64,000 nucleotides of DNA, from the NCBI RefSeq assembly GCF_902713615.1, contig NC_052154.1:43753306-43817305 (forward strand), given 5' to 3'. Origin of the DNA: Scyliorhinus canicula. Its lineage: Eukaryota. The notes below the pieces were generated by a model. The model ran no database searches and was not told the DNA's origin. It saw nothing but the letters and a program-made list of their open reading frames with translations. Both the position numbers and the translations under genes were made by a program. This document shows positions 12,501 to 27,500 of the stretch, one piece after another (positions within the stretch are counted from its first letter, which is position 1; each line of letters begins with the position of its first letter).

Positions 12501-15500
12501 AGGTTCAATCCTCAACCTGTATTAGATTAGCCTATTTAACTTTTGGGAATGATGGAGTATGGTAGTTAGCTCTGTGCCCATTGGTGAAAAAGGGAAAATA
12601 AAAATGAGCCAGGCTTTCTCGATTTTGATCTGTGACTCCTGCTGTGCAGTATATCGACGGAATGAGGTCCGGTTGCACTTGCAATAACTTTCTGTTTAAA
12701 AAGCCTGCTAATGCTTATTATCTAGACTTGTGCATGAAGAAGTGCACCCATGGGACCACTCTGCAATAGGAAACTGTGCCTTCAAGATAGGAGGGGAGAA
12801 AACAGGCAGAGAAACAGAAAAACTGGACTTTTCAGGAATGATGGCGCAGCTTTCGAGCACCACTTACATCTTCTCATGTGGTGAGTCATGTCGGCCATGT
12901 CAACCGAAGGCCACAAGGCGGGAGGAAAAGGCAAGAGCAAACACTATGTGCTGTTGCATCATTTTGTTGGAAATCGAGGGGGCAGCACGGTGGTGCAGTG
13001 GGTTAGCCCTGCAGCCTCACGCCGCTGAGGTCCCAGGTTCGATCCCGGCTCTGTGTCACTGTCCTTGTGGAGTTTGCACATTCTTCCCGTGTTTACGTGG
13101 GTTTTGCCCCCACAACCCAAAGATGTGCAGGCTAGGTGGATTGGCCACGCTAAATTGCCCCTTAATTGGGAAAAAATGAATTGGGTACTCTAAATTTTTT
13201 TTTAAAATGTTTTTGGAAATCGGGAGCGGGTTGTTCATATGTTAATCAGGGATCATGTGAGATAAAGTGAAGGCAAGGAATAACAAATTCCTTATAAAAA
13301 ACACAACTCCAAAAGACTATAAGACAATCAGACTGTAACCTAACTTTCTATTACATTGAAATCATACCAGATTGTCAATTCTAGCACTTTAGGATCAGCA
13401 TGTTTTTTGACATAAATTGTAACAAAAACTCAGCAAACTTTGAAACAAAACAAAATGAGAATGTCAACTCTTGGAATACATACCCCATACAGAGTTATGA
13501 GTCATTGGACCCGTGTGAATGTCCAGGCATGCAAATCAGCCAAAATATGATATTGCAGGTTGTAAACTCGGATTTTGTCAGAATGTTGATGGAGGAATTT
13601 CTTGACTCCAAATTTCCTTGGGTGGCACTGATCTTGCTAGTTTGCAGGGTGAGCCAAAATGGATCTTATTTGCATTGGGTTGGAACAAGACTATTTTGGC
13701 AACAGTCTCTCCATGTCTGGCAGGTACTTTGGTGCCTGCTTGCTCTTTGAGAAGGGGTTGCCCAGTGCCACTCCCCAGCACCACTGCCAATAGACCTATA
13801 GACAAGGAGGCCAATTTGGTCCACATTCACCTTTATGGAGGGCAGGATGCCTCCACTCTACATACCAGTTGTCACCATTATACCAGTTCACACTGGAGTA
13901 GTAAAGTGGGGACTCCTAGCCTATGGGAAATCTATGGATTTCTCCATCAATGGTTGTAATTTGCTATGCAACATGTTATAACCATTACAAAATGTTGAGG
14001 AAATGGTTTTGACACAGCACACTTCGCAAAGGGTTTCAGATAAATTGATTATGAACAAATGTGAGGGACGATTGTGTCTCTACTTATAGCTGGGTGATAT
14101 AAGTTTATTGTTTTATCTTAGTTTTATTAAAACACAAATAATAAAATGCAGAAGTTAAAATGTTTTAAAAAAAACTTCCAATTAAAGAGCAATTTAGTGT
14201 GGCCAATCCACCTACCTTGCATATCTTTGGGTTGTGGGGTGAGACCCACGCAGACACGGGGTCTCACCCCCATAGGGACAGTGAGCCGGGACCAGGATCG
14301 ACCCTGGGTCCTCGGCACCGTGAGGCAGCAGTGCTAACCACTGTGCCATCGTGCCGCCCAAAAGTTAAAATGTTAACACTTTAGCAAGCATCCAGTTCCT
14401 GCAGATCAATGTGAGGAGCCACTATGGAGATTTCAAAGCAAATTGTACAACCCTGATATTCAGTAATATAGCAAAATACTGCGCAGAAAGGAAACAATTT
14501 ACACGTTTAAAAAAAAACATACCCAAAAACTCGCAATGTTGTGTTGATCTCCAGAGCTTCAGCTATTGAGCGGGCACCTTTAGCGCCAACAGTGTTTGCT
14601 CTTAATCTTGTGAAAACAAAGTGATTTAGTTAAAGCAAGAGAACCAAAAGCATTCCAGTCATCCCAACAGCAGTGCAGCTAAATAATCTTTATTCCTGAA
14701 AACTTGACAAGTATTGTAATTTGCCAGGTTTAATACATACCCCAGTGTTTTCAGACTGCTGTTTGTTTTCAATGCTTCAGCTATTTGGGCTGCTCCTTTC
14801 TCCCTTATGGAGTTGTGTTTCAACCTGTGAAAATTCTGGATATTCAGACACTGTATCCAATGTGTGGACTCAAAGTTAGTGACATCTATATACAAGCACT
14901 CAGTCATCTCAATTATAAATTTTGATTTAATAATAATTTGATTTGAAAATATTCCTGATTAGTTAGCAGCATGCATGGCACATGGGGAGTTACCCACTGC
15001 AGTAAATAAAATGCAGGGCCGGGGTTCTCCCTTACCCGGCGGGGCGGGGGGTCCCGGTATGTTGGAGTGGCGTGAACCACTCCGGCATCGGGCCACCTAA
15101 AGGTGCGGAGTTAGGGGCCAAGCCCTCACATTGAGGGGCTAAGCCCGAGCCAGAGTGGTTCCCACTGCGCCGGCTGGCGTGAACGGCCTTTGGCGCCACG
15201 CCAGCAGGGGCCAAAAGGACTTCGCCGGCCGGCGTAGGTCCATGCATGTGCCGGAGCGTCAGCAGCTCCTGACGTCATACCAGCACATGCACAGGGGAAG
15301 GGGTCTCTTCCGCCTCTGCCATGGTGAAGGTCATGCCGGGGGTGGAAGAAAAAAGAGTGCCCCAACGGCACAGGCCTGCCTGCCGATCGGTGGGCCCCGA
15401 TCGGGAGCCAGGCCACTGTGGGGGCACCCCCCTGGGTCAGATTGCCACCCCCCCCCCCCCCCCCCCCCCCCAGGACCCTGGAGCCCGCCCACGCCACCAA

Positions 15501-18500
15501 TCCCGCCGGTCAGGTAGGTGGTTTAAATCACGCCGGCGGGAGAGGCTTGTCAGTGGCGGGACTTCGGCCCATCGTGGGCCGGAGAATCGCCGCGGGGGGC
15601 CCGAATTCCACCCCAGGTTCTTACAATATAGACTGAGCAGAGAGCTGTTATTTTCATGTGTTAAAGAGAATTAATGTCATACTATGTTATATGTATTACA
15701 CTGCTTGTCAGTAGAACTAGGAATAGAATGCTGTCAGAAAAGTGGCTTGGAAAAGTTAGCACAATAAAATACACACACGATCGATATAGTAATTATTGTA
15801 AATTCTAGCATTTAATTACTCCATCTTTATTAATTTACATATTTTGCACCATTAACTTTAATGAGCCTCCCTCTCCCCCTCTCCCCTCTACACTATGCTA
15901 TTAGCATTCAGTATATAAACCAAATATTCCAAAAAAACTAGAACAGTTAGCAACAGAAAATGATATTAATCATAATTTTTTAACAGGTTGATCGTTCAGT
16001 CACAGTAAGATACAATTTCTACATTTCTAAAATGTATAAAAGTCACGAATCTCTAATCGCATTGTTATGAGATAACAGTTGGAGGAAAGAGCTCATGATG
16101 GACTTCATTACTCTTGGCCTGTGAATTTTAGATCTTAAAAAAAAAATGTTCAACTAATTTTCCATCTTTTCTCAAACTTTTCTGTCTTTAACCAAACCTT
16201 GTAGTTCATCTCTAATTTTGAAAAAAAGGCCATTTTAATGATGTGGCGTACAAAAGTGGAGCAGTTGGAATTTTACCTCAAGATTTCTATTCTACACGTT
16301 TCATTTTTGAGTGCATTGGCAATGATCTCTGCTCCTTCGTCCTCCAGCATGTTTCCCTCTAAACTGTAAGTTTAAAAAAAACATTTTTTTTAGTTCTGCC
16401 TCTGTGAATGCCGAATGTATTTTTGAAGTAATGAAGTATTCATTTGCTCAGCTATAATTATTCAATTTAAGTTGTGCTAGCATATTCTCACATACTGAGC
16501 AGAGTTTCTTGCTGTCACTCATTCACCACTTAACAACATGCATTTATATGGCAGACTTAACATAGAAGAATATTAAAAAGTACTTATCAAAGGAATAACG
16601 GAAAACTTGATGGAGAGAAAAAGGAGGTAGTAGAGGGATGACTAAAGACTGGGTCCTGGAAGTAAGATTTTTTAGGAGGAGAGGTGCTGGATAGGCAAAG
16701 AGATATAAGAACATTAATCAAAAGCATGGGAGCTAAAGGCATTATTGCCAATTATGGGTGAAGGGATGGGGAAACGCTCAAGAATTTAGAGGTAGAAGAA
16801 TAGAGTTTTCCGGCAGAATTGGAGAAAGTTAGAGAAATATTGCTAAAAAGAGGCATGTCAAAGCTTTTTGTCTTGCACTCATCAGGACACTTCACAAGAA
16901 TACAATTGTGAGGGGAAAACACCAATTTACACTGTATGAGAAGCAAATGCACTCTGGTTGAAATCAAATGACAATCTTAAGATTGTCAGTCAGACTTGCA
17001 GTGTAGTGAATTTGTGTGTACTGGAAGCTACATATATTAATTGCAGACAGAAAGAACATGTACACATATTGCGCTTGTTTCAGCTCGACACAAGTGACTG
17101 CCAGTCACTGATTAATTCCTCAGAGCAATGCCTTGACCATTCGGGGTCAAGCTCCCTGGTTTAAATTTCAAACAATGTTTGGCAGTTGTCTCTCAGTCAC
17201 CAGAAACTGGTGCATTCTCCATGGCACTGCCTCTACCAATTAGAATCCACTTGCCAACCAATCAGCAACATTGTCTCAGACATTATAAAATTGTTGTTTT
17301 CCCCTTATAAGGGGCTGGTTTAGCACAATGGGCTAAACAGCTGGCTTGTAATGCAGAAAAATGCCAGCAGCACGGGTTCAATTCCCGTACCAGCCTCCCC
17401 GAACAGGCGCCGGAATGTGGCGACTAGGGGCTTTTCACAGTAACTTCATTGAAGTCTATTCGTGACAATAAGCAATTATTATTATACTGGTATTCCTGCA
17501 AAATGTCCCGTTGAGTGCAAGACATGTCTCTTTTTTCAGCAATACTCAACTTTTGTGCTTCCAAATGACTATTACAGAAGTTTGGAAGGGTAAAACTATG
17601 GGGAGATTTAAACAGAGGATGAAAATGAATTGGAGGCACTGAGATATTCAGGAGTCAATATTGGTCAAGTGAGGAAAGATATAATGGGGAGTGAGGTTAG
17701 GATGGTGAGGGGTGGAAAGCTAGCTAGGAGAGCATTGGAATGGTCAAATCTAAGATGGCATAGGCATGGATGGGCTGAAATTGATGTGGAAGTAGCCAGC
17801 TAATGTCATTTCCCTGGGCATTTTACTGGTCTTTTAGATATAAAGGTGGAGACTGGTTTCAGGTTTTCAATGTCTTTCTATGGTGAGACCTTACCTTGGA
17901 TTTATATTTAAATTATACTTAAAGATTTGTATTTATAAAGTGGCTGTCATGACCTCAGGATGTCCCAAAAGCTTTACAGCCAATGAAATCCTCTTTCAGT
18001 GCAATCAGTGTTGTAATGTAGAAAATCTGACAGCCAATTTATAAATTCATAAAGTTCATAAGATATTGGAGCAGAATTAGGCCATTTGGCCCATCAAATC
18101 TGTTCCGCCATTCTATCATGGCTGATATGTTCCTCCTCTTCTACCTACAATGTTACAGACCAAGAGCTGGATTGCGAAATCAGCCAGAGCATCTCCTCCC
18201 TAGAACACATGACCTAGGAGCAGGAGGAGGCAATTTAGCGTCCCTGCCTAAACACGCTCAACGTGATCATGGCTGACCCCATCCTGGCCTCAATGCCACC
18301 GTCCTGCGCGTTCTCCATAACCCTTCAACCCATTACCAATTAAAAATCTGTCTAACTCCTCGTTAAATTTACTCACTGTCCCTGCATCCACCACACTCTG
18401 GGGTAGCGAATTCCACAGATTCACAATCCTTTGGGAGAAATCGTTTTTCCTCAAATCTGTTTGAAATTTGCTACCTCTTATTCTACGACTATGACCACTC

Positions 18501-21500
18501 ATTTTAGAATACTGAAAGCTCCTACAACAACTGATCATAGTAACTACAATAACTGTCTAAACATTTTAAGCCAAAGGTGCTCATGTGGTCTGCTTGTATT
18601 GGATCATTTGCCACTAATGCTAGGATTAGTCAAAAATTAAACTAATATCTGTGATCAAATATTAATGTTTTCATGTTCAGTGTTTTTGCTGTTTTAATAA
18701 TGTTCAATATAAAATATATGAATTTTAAGTAAAGATTTGAAATATTAGCACAATATAAATGAATCAATTGCCAAACAATTCAATTTGAAAGTCAAAAATT
18801 AATCTTAATATTACTATAACCATGTGTGTTAATAGTATAATTGAAATACAAGGAGTGAGACTAATTTATCTGACTGACAGAATATAGAAGATTCAGGGTG
18901 CGATCTAACCAAAACAAAAAGTCAGAGTCCGTTCTGGGCGGAATTAGCCGGGTCTTTCCCGGCACTACACCTACTATCTAACGGCACTTAGTTGCTATAC
19001 TGGGCCCTGACAGTGCCACCAAGGTACGCTGGCAGTGAAGGGCCGGCTCCTGAAATTACACTGTCAGGGCGCCAGGCTAACAGTGCCATGGTGCCCAGTG
19101 GCCCCAGCAGTGATAGAGTGCCAGGCAGGCCAGAGGACGACCACCTGGGTCTCCCAGGTGACCTCTGATCACCTGGGAGACCCCCCCCAAGAGCTGGTAC
19201 GTCTGGCTCCGATTTGTGGAGACCAGTGGTGAACAGCACTCGGCTGGAGTCTCCTCGGTGAGACCAATAGATGCCGGGTGACCGTTCGATCTGCCGTCAG
19301 TATGGCTAAGTGGGATTTTAAACTCACTTAACCGTGCGAGACTGGGCCCCGTCCATTGTGAGTGGGACTCAGATTGTGAGATCTGGTTAGATCTCGTGAG
19401 GTGTAACAGCCCTCCGGAATCCCAGGGTAGGCCTCTGCTGGGATCTACCTGGCGTGTCCCATTCCGCATGCCCGAAATATATTCACATTAATAAGAGTTT
19501 AATAGATTTATCTTGAAAAGACATGGTGGCTGATCCACCAATATCCCAGAGCATTTCTGATACTTCTAAATCACGTCTAAAAATCATTTCAATACCTCAA
19601 TATCTTGACTCTTGAGAAAACAGACTCCAATCTTTGGAAACCAGAAGCTCCAGCTTTACATCCATCTAGTTCCAACGTTTCAATAGTTTGATGGTAAGAA
19701 AGAAGGTGTGCAATTGCTGTGCAGTCAGTCACATTCAGAGAAATGTAAGAAAAATTTACAACATCACTGGTTTGGGAGGCAACAAGTTGTGTTAAGTTTT
19801 CATTTGCTGCTTCATAGAGACAATGCGAGGCTGTTAGTTTTTGCCTTTTGTGAACTGTATATTTTGTAATATTTTCTGGAGATAGCGTGTCTTCTTTTGG
19901 AACGTCAACTGCAGCAACATTCTTGATAGCATCAAAGACTTCTGTTTCTTTAACTTGATGTTTAGGCACCAACTGCTTCACAAGTTTTCTGTTGCTATGA
20001 GAAACTAGGCCAGCTGTGAACCTCAGCACAATCTCAAATACATTGCTTTTCGAACTGAAAGCTTTATGCACATGATCCACACTGGGTTCGTTAGCAGAGA
20101 TGCAATAAAGTGCTGCAAAAAACTCCTGGTGTGTCAGGTGGAAAAATTGCCAAATGTGGGATTGCATCATTTTCTGGCTCTCTTTAGTGAGAATTTTCTT
20201 CCAGAAGGACTTTTTGTCCTGGGGGTTTTGGGCGATGTTCCTTTCAATGTCTTTTGTTGAGAATATTATTGTTTTATTAATGATCCCATCCCATGCAAGT
20301 TGTGCCAATTTAATTATTTCATTTTTGTCATTATCATCTTCAATGCAGAAGGACTCAAGATCTTCTTCCTCATCACTGTTACAGACCAGTAAACACTTGG
20401 TGAATCTAAGGAACAAATCTGTGATTGTCCTGGGAAAGGAAGAGATCTGAGACCACTTGCCTTTACAGTGAAAGGTTTTGTGGAGGTAAAAACACAGGAT
20501 GTCACAAAATGCAGGAACATAGCAGAGTCCAAACAAGGAATCGATGCTCTTCACTGTTTGAAAGACATGATCAGCAACCTTTATATCCTTGAGGCACTTC
20601 AAAAAGTATGCAGAAATTTCCTTCTTGGAAAATCCTAAAATTTCAGCACATCGATTAAAATACGCTTTGTTATCTAAATCAATTGTGGTTGGGCGGGATG
20701 TAATCAGGACAGTTGCCTCGGGAACAAGGTCTCCCTTTATGATACTTACAATCAAATGGTTAATTTGTTGAGCAATGGATGGGTCGATAATTGAAGGATT
20801 GTTAAACTCAAGAGACAATTTGAATTCATCCAACCCATCAAACAAAAATAGGATCCTGTTGGGATATTTCAATATCTTATTGCACAATGCTCTCAGATGA
20901 GGGTAGCTACATACTATAAGCTCAGTCAGACTGATATTGTCCTTAATTGTGTTTAGCTCCCGAAAACTGAAATATAGCAGTATATAAAATCCAGTATAAA
21001 TCATTCCACAGGCCCAACTATGAGTGAGCTTCTGCATCATTACGCTTTTGCCTATGCCTGCCACGCCTTGCACTAGAGTAACTCGGGGTGGCTTCTCCCC
21101 AGGTGCAGATGGCGAGAGAAGCTGTTTTAAATCTATACGCTCACACGCTGTGTAGTCTCTGTGTTGCAGAAGTTCATGTTCAGTTTTGTTCTTTTCCCGA
21201 ACATTGAGAATAACTAGGCTGGTGAAATGTTCCTGCAGCAAGGGCCTGGAGTTATCAAATACAAAGTATGGTTTTATTCTCTCCATTTGCTCTTGTAATG
21301 TGGATTTATGTGTGGCCACTGCTTCAGAGATTTCTGTAATTACAAGAGAAAGGTAATGAGCTACAGTGGAGCCCCCATTTTCTATCATAAGGAGCAGGGC
21401 TCCTCAGTGAATTACATAATATGACACATACTCCTGCGACACCAGTTTTTGGATTTTAGACAGGTGATAAATTAATACAACAGGCACAAAATTAAACCAA

Positions 21501-24500
21501 GTACAATCCAAATTATAGTAAACAATTTCAATGTTTCTTGGTCTTTGAGGTTCCATAAGACCATAAGACATCGGAGTGGAAGTAAGGCCATTCGGCCCAT
21601 CGAGTCCACTCCGCCATTCAATCATGGCTGATGGGCATTTCAACTCCACCTACCAGCATTCTCCCCGTAGCCCTTAATTTCTCGCGACATCAAGAATTTA
21701 TCTATCTCTGCCTTGAAGCCATTTAGCGTCCCGGCCTCCACTGCACTCCGCGGCAATGAATTCCACAGGCCCACCATTCTCTGGCTGAAGAAATGTCTCC
21801 GCATTTCTGTTCTGAATTTACCCCCTCTAATTCTAAGGCTGTGCCCACGGGTCCTCGTCTCCTCGCCTAACGGAAACAGTTTCTTTGCGTCCACCCTTTC
21901 TAAGCCATGTATTATCTTGTAAGTTTCTATTAGATCTCCCCTTAACCTTCTAAACTCCAATGAATACAATCCCAGGATCCTCAGCCGTTCATCATATGTT
22001 AAGACCCGCCATTCCAGGGATCATCCGTGTGAATCTCCGCTGGACAAGCTCCAGTGCCAGTATGTCCTTCCTGAGATGTGGGGCCCAAAACTGGACACAG
22101 TACTCCAAATAGGGCCTAACTAGAGCCTTATAAAGGCTCAGTAGCACATCGCTGCTTTTATATTCCAACCCTCTTGAGATGAATAAGGTTCATTTCTGTT
22201 GAACCCAGGAAGTTGGTGTTTGTGGTCAGTGAAATGGGACATCTGCAATAAGGTTTTGTCCTACAGCAATAGAGGCTTGTCTGGAGGGCAAATAATTGGA
22301 ACCTAAGCAATGGAGGTTTCGCTGTTTATACCAAGGTATGTGAGACATCTGCTAAAATGCAGTTCATTCTAAGAATTTAAATGTCACTTGTGGAATGTTA
22401 TGAAGGTGCCAGTAGGTTTGTTCAAATTTTCATCTATTCCATTCTACTAAGTAGCCAGTATATTATCAAAATTAGAATCAGTTAGCAGGAGTATTTGATA
22501 GCTTGATTGTCCCATAATATTTTCAAGACCCAACCTGCATTTGCATGATTATCGCGCCTGACTTGGTGATGCGACGAGGCCATTGAATCTCACGAGAGGC
22601 GTGATTCGTGGCACTTGAGACATTTTGTGAGATTCAACTGAACGCCGCGAGATGGTGCGATCTGTTTCTTGCCCTCGCTGGGGGAGATCCAGATATGCAT
22701 ATTTAAATGGGCCTAAATATGTCTGTGCCGTATTATCCCGGTGTCCGGGAACTAACAGCCTCCCCAGCGAGGCCTCGCCAGGCATAATGGCAGCTGGGGG
22801 GGATTTCCCAGGCCATTGGAAATAGGGCAGAGTGGCCCCTGGCTCTCCCTCTGGCACCTGGGCACCTTGGCACTGCCACTCTGGCACTGCAGGGTGCCCA
22901 AGTGACACTGCACGGGCACTACCATGGTGCTAGGGTGGCAGTGCCTGAGTGCCCAGGTGCCAGGGCCAAGGGTCATGTCCTGAGGAGGCCCAGGCCCATG
23001 AAAGATATATGAGGGAGGTTATGAAGTGTCGGGGTAATTGGTTTTTGGAGCAGGCAAGGAGCTGGATTAGGGGTTTGCCCCTTTCCACACTCTGAGCCCT
23101 GGCTTTGTAACTCAGAAAAATAAAAAAAAGAAGTATGAAGGGTGGAGGTCCTGAATGGGGGAGGACCCGAAAGGGCGGTGGGGATGCCTGAAAATGGGGA
23201 TCCCTTAGCAACCCCAAAGAGGGATGTCTTCACTTGGGATGAGGGGGCTAATGGCCATGTGTGCGGGGGTGACATTGTCCGTGGGTGTGGGGGACCCTCA
23301 TGCTCACTTACAGATCGGGGCGCCCTTTCAAAATGGTGGCCCGATATCTGAGGAGATGGTCTGGCTGGCGAGTTGAGCTCCCCAGTCAAACAATTTCCAA
23401 GTGTGGGCTTGACTGGGTCAAACTCCCCAAGGCCCAAGAAAATTACTAAGGGCATGATTGTCCGGCCGTGTTCCGCCAGAATCGGGATGGGACAGCCTAC
23501 AATGGGCGGGATCCAGATTTGCATAGTTAAGCATGCAGTTAGGCAGTTAGTGTGCAGTACATGTCTATGCCAGAACTAACCAGCCCCCAGGATCATCGAG
23601 GCGACCCCAGCCGGGCTCTGTTTAGCACTGGATCTCCCTTTATTTACAAACCATTCCCAAATCTCCCCACCTTCACAAACAAGGATCAGGCGGAATGGTA
23701 CTTGAGGGTGATCCCCAGGAGATTGGAGGCCCCCGGATGGTTAGCCTCTGGGCAGGGTGGCACCCTGGCACTTCTGATGCCACCCAGATGGCACTGCCAG
23801 TGCCAGGCTGGCAGTGACACGATGCCCAGGTGGCATTTCCCCCATGCTGGGTATTGGGGCCGGGGGTGCACTGCAATATATGAGGTGGGTTGTGGGTGGG
23901 CTTGACGACCCACAGGTGAGTTGGGACATTGGAGGAGGAGCGGGGGTGGCAGGGGAGTCGTATCAGGGGATTGGATAGGATTCTTTTAGTTTCTGTTAAA
24001 TCGTGCCCCAAGTGTGGTTGAATAGTGGGGGTGTGGATCTGACCCAAAACATTGTTGGGAAATGCCCCGCCAAACTTGCCCAAAATGACACAGAATTGTT
24101 TTGGTTGAATTCCGACCATTATCTTTGACAAATCACACTTACCTTCAGGGAAATTGGTTATTTGGATGTTTTCATTGATGCCCTCAAATGAAATGGGGGG
24201 TAGGTTTTCATTGAGAAGATCAATAAGTGGTCTGTCTTCTTTGTCAATGTAGGATTCCAGCAATGTTGTTACAAACTTCTTTAAGCCAGGATAAATGTTG
24301 TCAGTGTCTTGCAGCACCTCGAGAAACTCAGCAGATGACTGCTGACCTCTGTGGCTCAGCATGTCGAGAAGAGTTCGCCCTTTATCAACGTCTGATTTAT
24401 CTTTTATTTCATTATGGTCACCTTCGGAGATTATTTTCTTACTCATTAAAAGGTGTAAGAGTGGAAGTATGTTGGGACTGATGTAATTAACCAGTGTCCG

Positions 24501-27500
24501 CCGGCCTTCTTCAATTGCATGGATTGCCCAGTCTGGGCGCTTCATTCGTGGTGGAAAATAGACACTATTGTCACAAGCACCTGTTAAGAATGATATGAAA
24601 GCCTTTAAAATCAAAAATGATCTTCGATCAAACTAAGCTGTCTAACAGAGTTTACATTTAGTAGCTAATAAGATATGCACAAAAATAAATGGCTAAATTT
24701 AACTGCTGTAAAATTTTGAAACAGTTGTGTCTGGCAAGTTTATATCATGGTTTGAAGTATTATTTTCTCTTTTTTATGAGTTAACTAATACATCTTCCAG
24801 GACAGCTTTTTCCCAGTAATCTTACAAGGGTAGTATTATTGCTTATTTTACTGACTTCTGCTTGTCTTTGTTCGAGTGAACACTTTTAGTTCTGACTGAA
24901 GCTAATGCTAAAAGCTAAAATGCTAATCTTTGTGCAGGATGAGGTAGGAATTTCCGTCCGTTTTGAGTGAAGTTCTGATACCTTCAATGCTGAGTAATGT
25001 AGTTAATATGCCAAAAGTTGGTCATGCCCACATGTTAATTTAGGGGCTGGATTCTTCTGCCTGTCCGCCCGCCGCAAGATCACCACGTGCAAGACGCGGA
25101 CATTGACTTCGGGCAGGATTCTTTGGTTTGGGGCCCCGATTTGGGGCTCTCGTGGGATTCACCAGTTGCTCCCTGCTCCTTGCCAGTTGCAACGCAGTGG
25201 CTGAGTCATGCCCTCCAAATTTGGTGGGACTTTAGACCCCAATCCCAAATTTTTGCTCCTTACCTCCAAATTCCCTGAAATTTACCACTGGACAGGAGAA
25301 TTCAATAAAATTTGCTAAATCTTAAATGCTAATACAATATAATGTATAGTCTATAATTTACACAGCGATGTACTGTCAAAGGATCATTCTCATTTTTATC
25401 ATGCCCATCATTTTGGTACAGATTGTAACAAATCTAATTTTCTTTCAATTTTTTCCTGTATTTCCTTATTATAAAATAATAGCAGCTCACCTTTGATTTC
25501 TAAAACAACGACTTTTGAAACGCTCTGCTTTAGAGCATCATGCTGAACTTCAAAAGAATACAGCAGCTTCCTTTTTGTAGCTTCTGCAGTTCGGAAGGTG
25601 AGCTGAGATATTAAACTATATGCTCCACTTCCTTGGTGATATTTCAAAGTCATGGCAATGTCATGATCTCCTTCCGTGAAGTGCAGTATTTTGTCTTGTT
25701 CTTGCTCGCTCTGATAATCTACTCTATCGCCTTCACCTAGTTTGTTAGACAATGAGGTGCTCTTCCATTTACTGATGAGAACTCTCTGGAATTTACCCTC
25801 TTCCTCTCTGTACCAGGAGATATTGATAGCTTTTGGTTTGAACCAAAGAACAGCACAAGCCAGAGAGAGGGGATCCTCCATACGGAAATGGTTTGATTGA
25901 ATGATGTCTGTCACTTTGGGGGCAACTGAAAAACAAACAGGAACAGAATCATCCAGTTACAGGCACGGTTCAGCCCCCAGGACTCAACATTTAGTTCAAC
26001 AACTTTAGACTGTGACCTTTTTCCTCCACCTTAACTTCCTCTTATATATCACAAACATTTTTTGATCCCTTGTAAAAACCCTCTCTCCCCCATCTCCAGC
26101 GGGCCATCTGTCACTTGTTAAGGTTTGCTACATCTTTGTGGCAGTCTCTCCCAGTTCCCACTAATCACTGTTCCACCCCCCCCCCCCCCCCCCCCCCCAA
26201 AGAACAAGAACAATACGCACAGGAACAGGCCCTTTGGGCCTCCAAGCCAGTACCGGTCATGATACCACCCTTGGCCTAAACCCTCAGCACCTCCTAGTGC
26301 CATATCCCTCTATACCCATCCTATCCATGTATTTGTCAAGCTGCCTTTTGAACGCAGTTAATGTATCTGCTTCCACAACCTCCCCTGGCAACTTCTTCCA
26401 GGCACTCACCACTCTCTGTGTAAAACACCTGCCTCGTACATCTCCTCTAAACCTTGCCCCACGGACCTTAAACCTATGCCCCTGGTGAAAGAGTGCCTGC
26501 CCATCCACTCTATCCATGCCCCTCATAATCTTGTAGACCTCTATTAGGTCACCCCTAAACTTCCGTCGTTCTAATGAAAACACTCCGAGTCTATTCAGCC
26601 TCTCCGCATAGCTACACTCCAGACTAGGCAACATCCTGGTAAATCTCTTCTGCACCCTCTCCAAAGTCTTCACATCCAGAATTGTGCGCAATATTCCAAG
26701 TGCAGTCTTATCAAGGTTCTATACAACTGTAGCATGACTTGCCAGTTTTTATACTCGATGCCCTGGCCAATGAAGGCAAGCATTCCGTATACTGCCTTGA
26801 CTACCTTGTCCACGTGTGTTGCCACGTTCAAAGATCTGCGGACCTGCACGCTCAGATCTCTCTGACTTTCTATATTCCCAAGACTTTTGCCATTTTGGGT
26901 ATATTTGCCCTCTATTTTAGACTTACCAAAGTACAACCCAACACATTTTCTCCTCTTAGTTCTCAAGAAGGGACATGCAGACGCAAAACGCCAACTCTGT
27001 TTTCTCTCCCTATGGATGCTGCCAGACCTGCTATTTAGTTCCAGCTTTCTCTGTTTTTCAAATTATGTATTATGTAAGTAATTTTCAGTAAATGAAAATG
27101 CCATAGCAACGTACATTGCTCTGATTTTTTGAGCATTGGACTTGTTTTTTACTGTCGTGGATTCTATTGTGTTTTGAAACATTTAGTGATTAGCACAACA
27201 TACAGTGTTCTGCTGCTCAAGTCCCCACCATTTTAAATATATTTTCATGTTCCACACTCTTTGGAGCAAAGTTAGGTGATGCCCTTCCACTGACCTGATT
27301 GACTGGCAACTGCCAATGCCAATGGAAAAAAAGCTGATTTCTCTCCTGAAATGCCGACACATGGGCTGAAGCACTGAGGGCCAGATTTCAAAGCAGGTTC
27401 AGGAACCGGACAATTGGATAATTTTCTGGTCTGACCTGACGTCTCCGCTATCTCACTACCACGAGCCGTTTTAAAATGTAATTGGGAGCTGCCTGTGGCA

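Noticed and set aside
3192-24580. Assigning a known symbol (NOD1, NOD2, NLRC3, NLRP3) to the CARD-NACHT-LRR part, or NCR3LG1/TAPBP to the Ig part
   Set aside because: The motifs are family-level only, the architecture matches none of these genes, and orthology needs a phylogeny.
24581-25490. A TM exon between the second Ig domain and the CARD (which would make both C1 domains extracellular)
   Set aside because: No hydrophobic, splice-flanked exon was found in this interval. The TM exon is at 27939-28043, upstream of the second C1.
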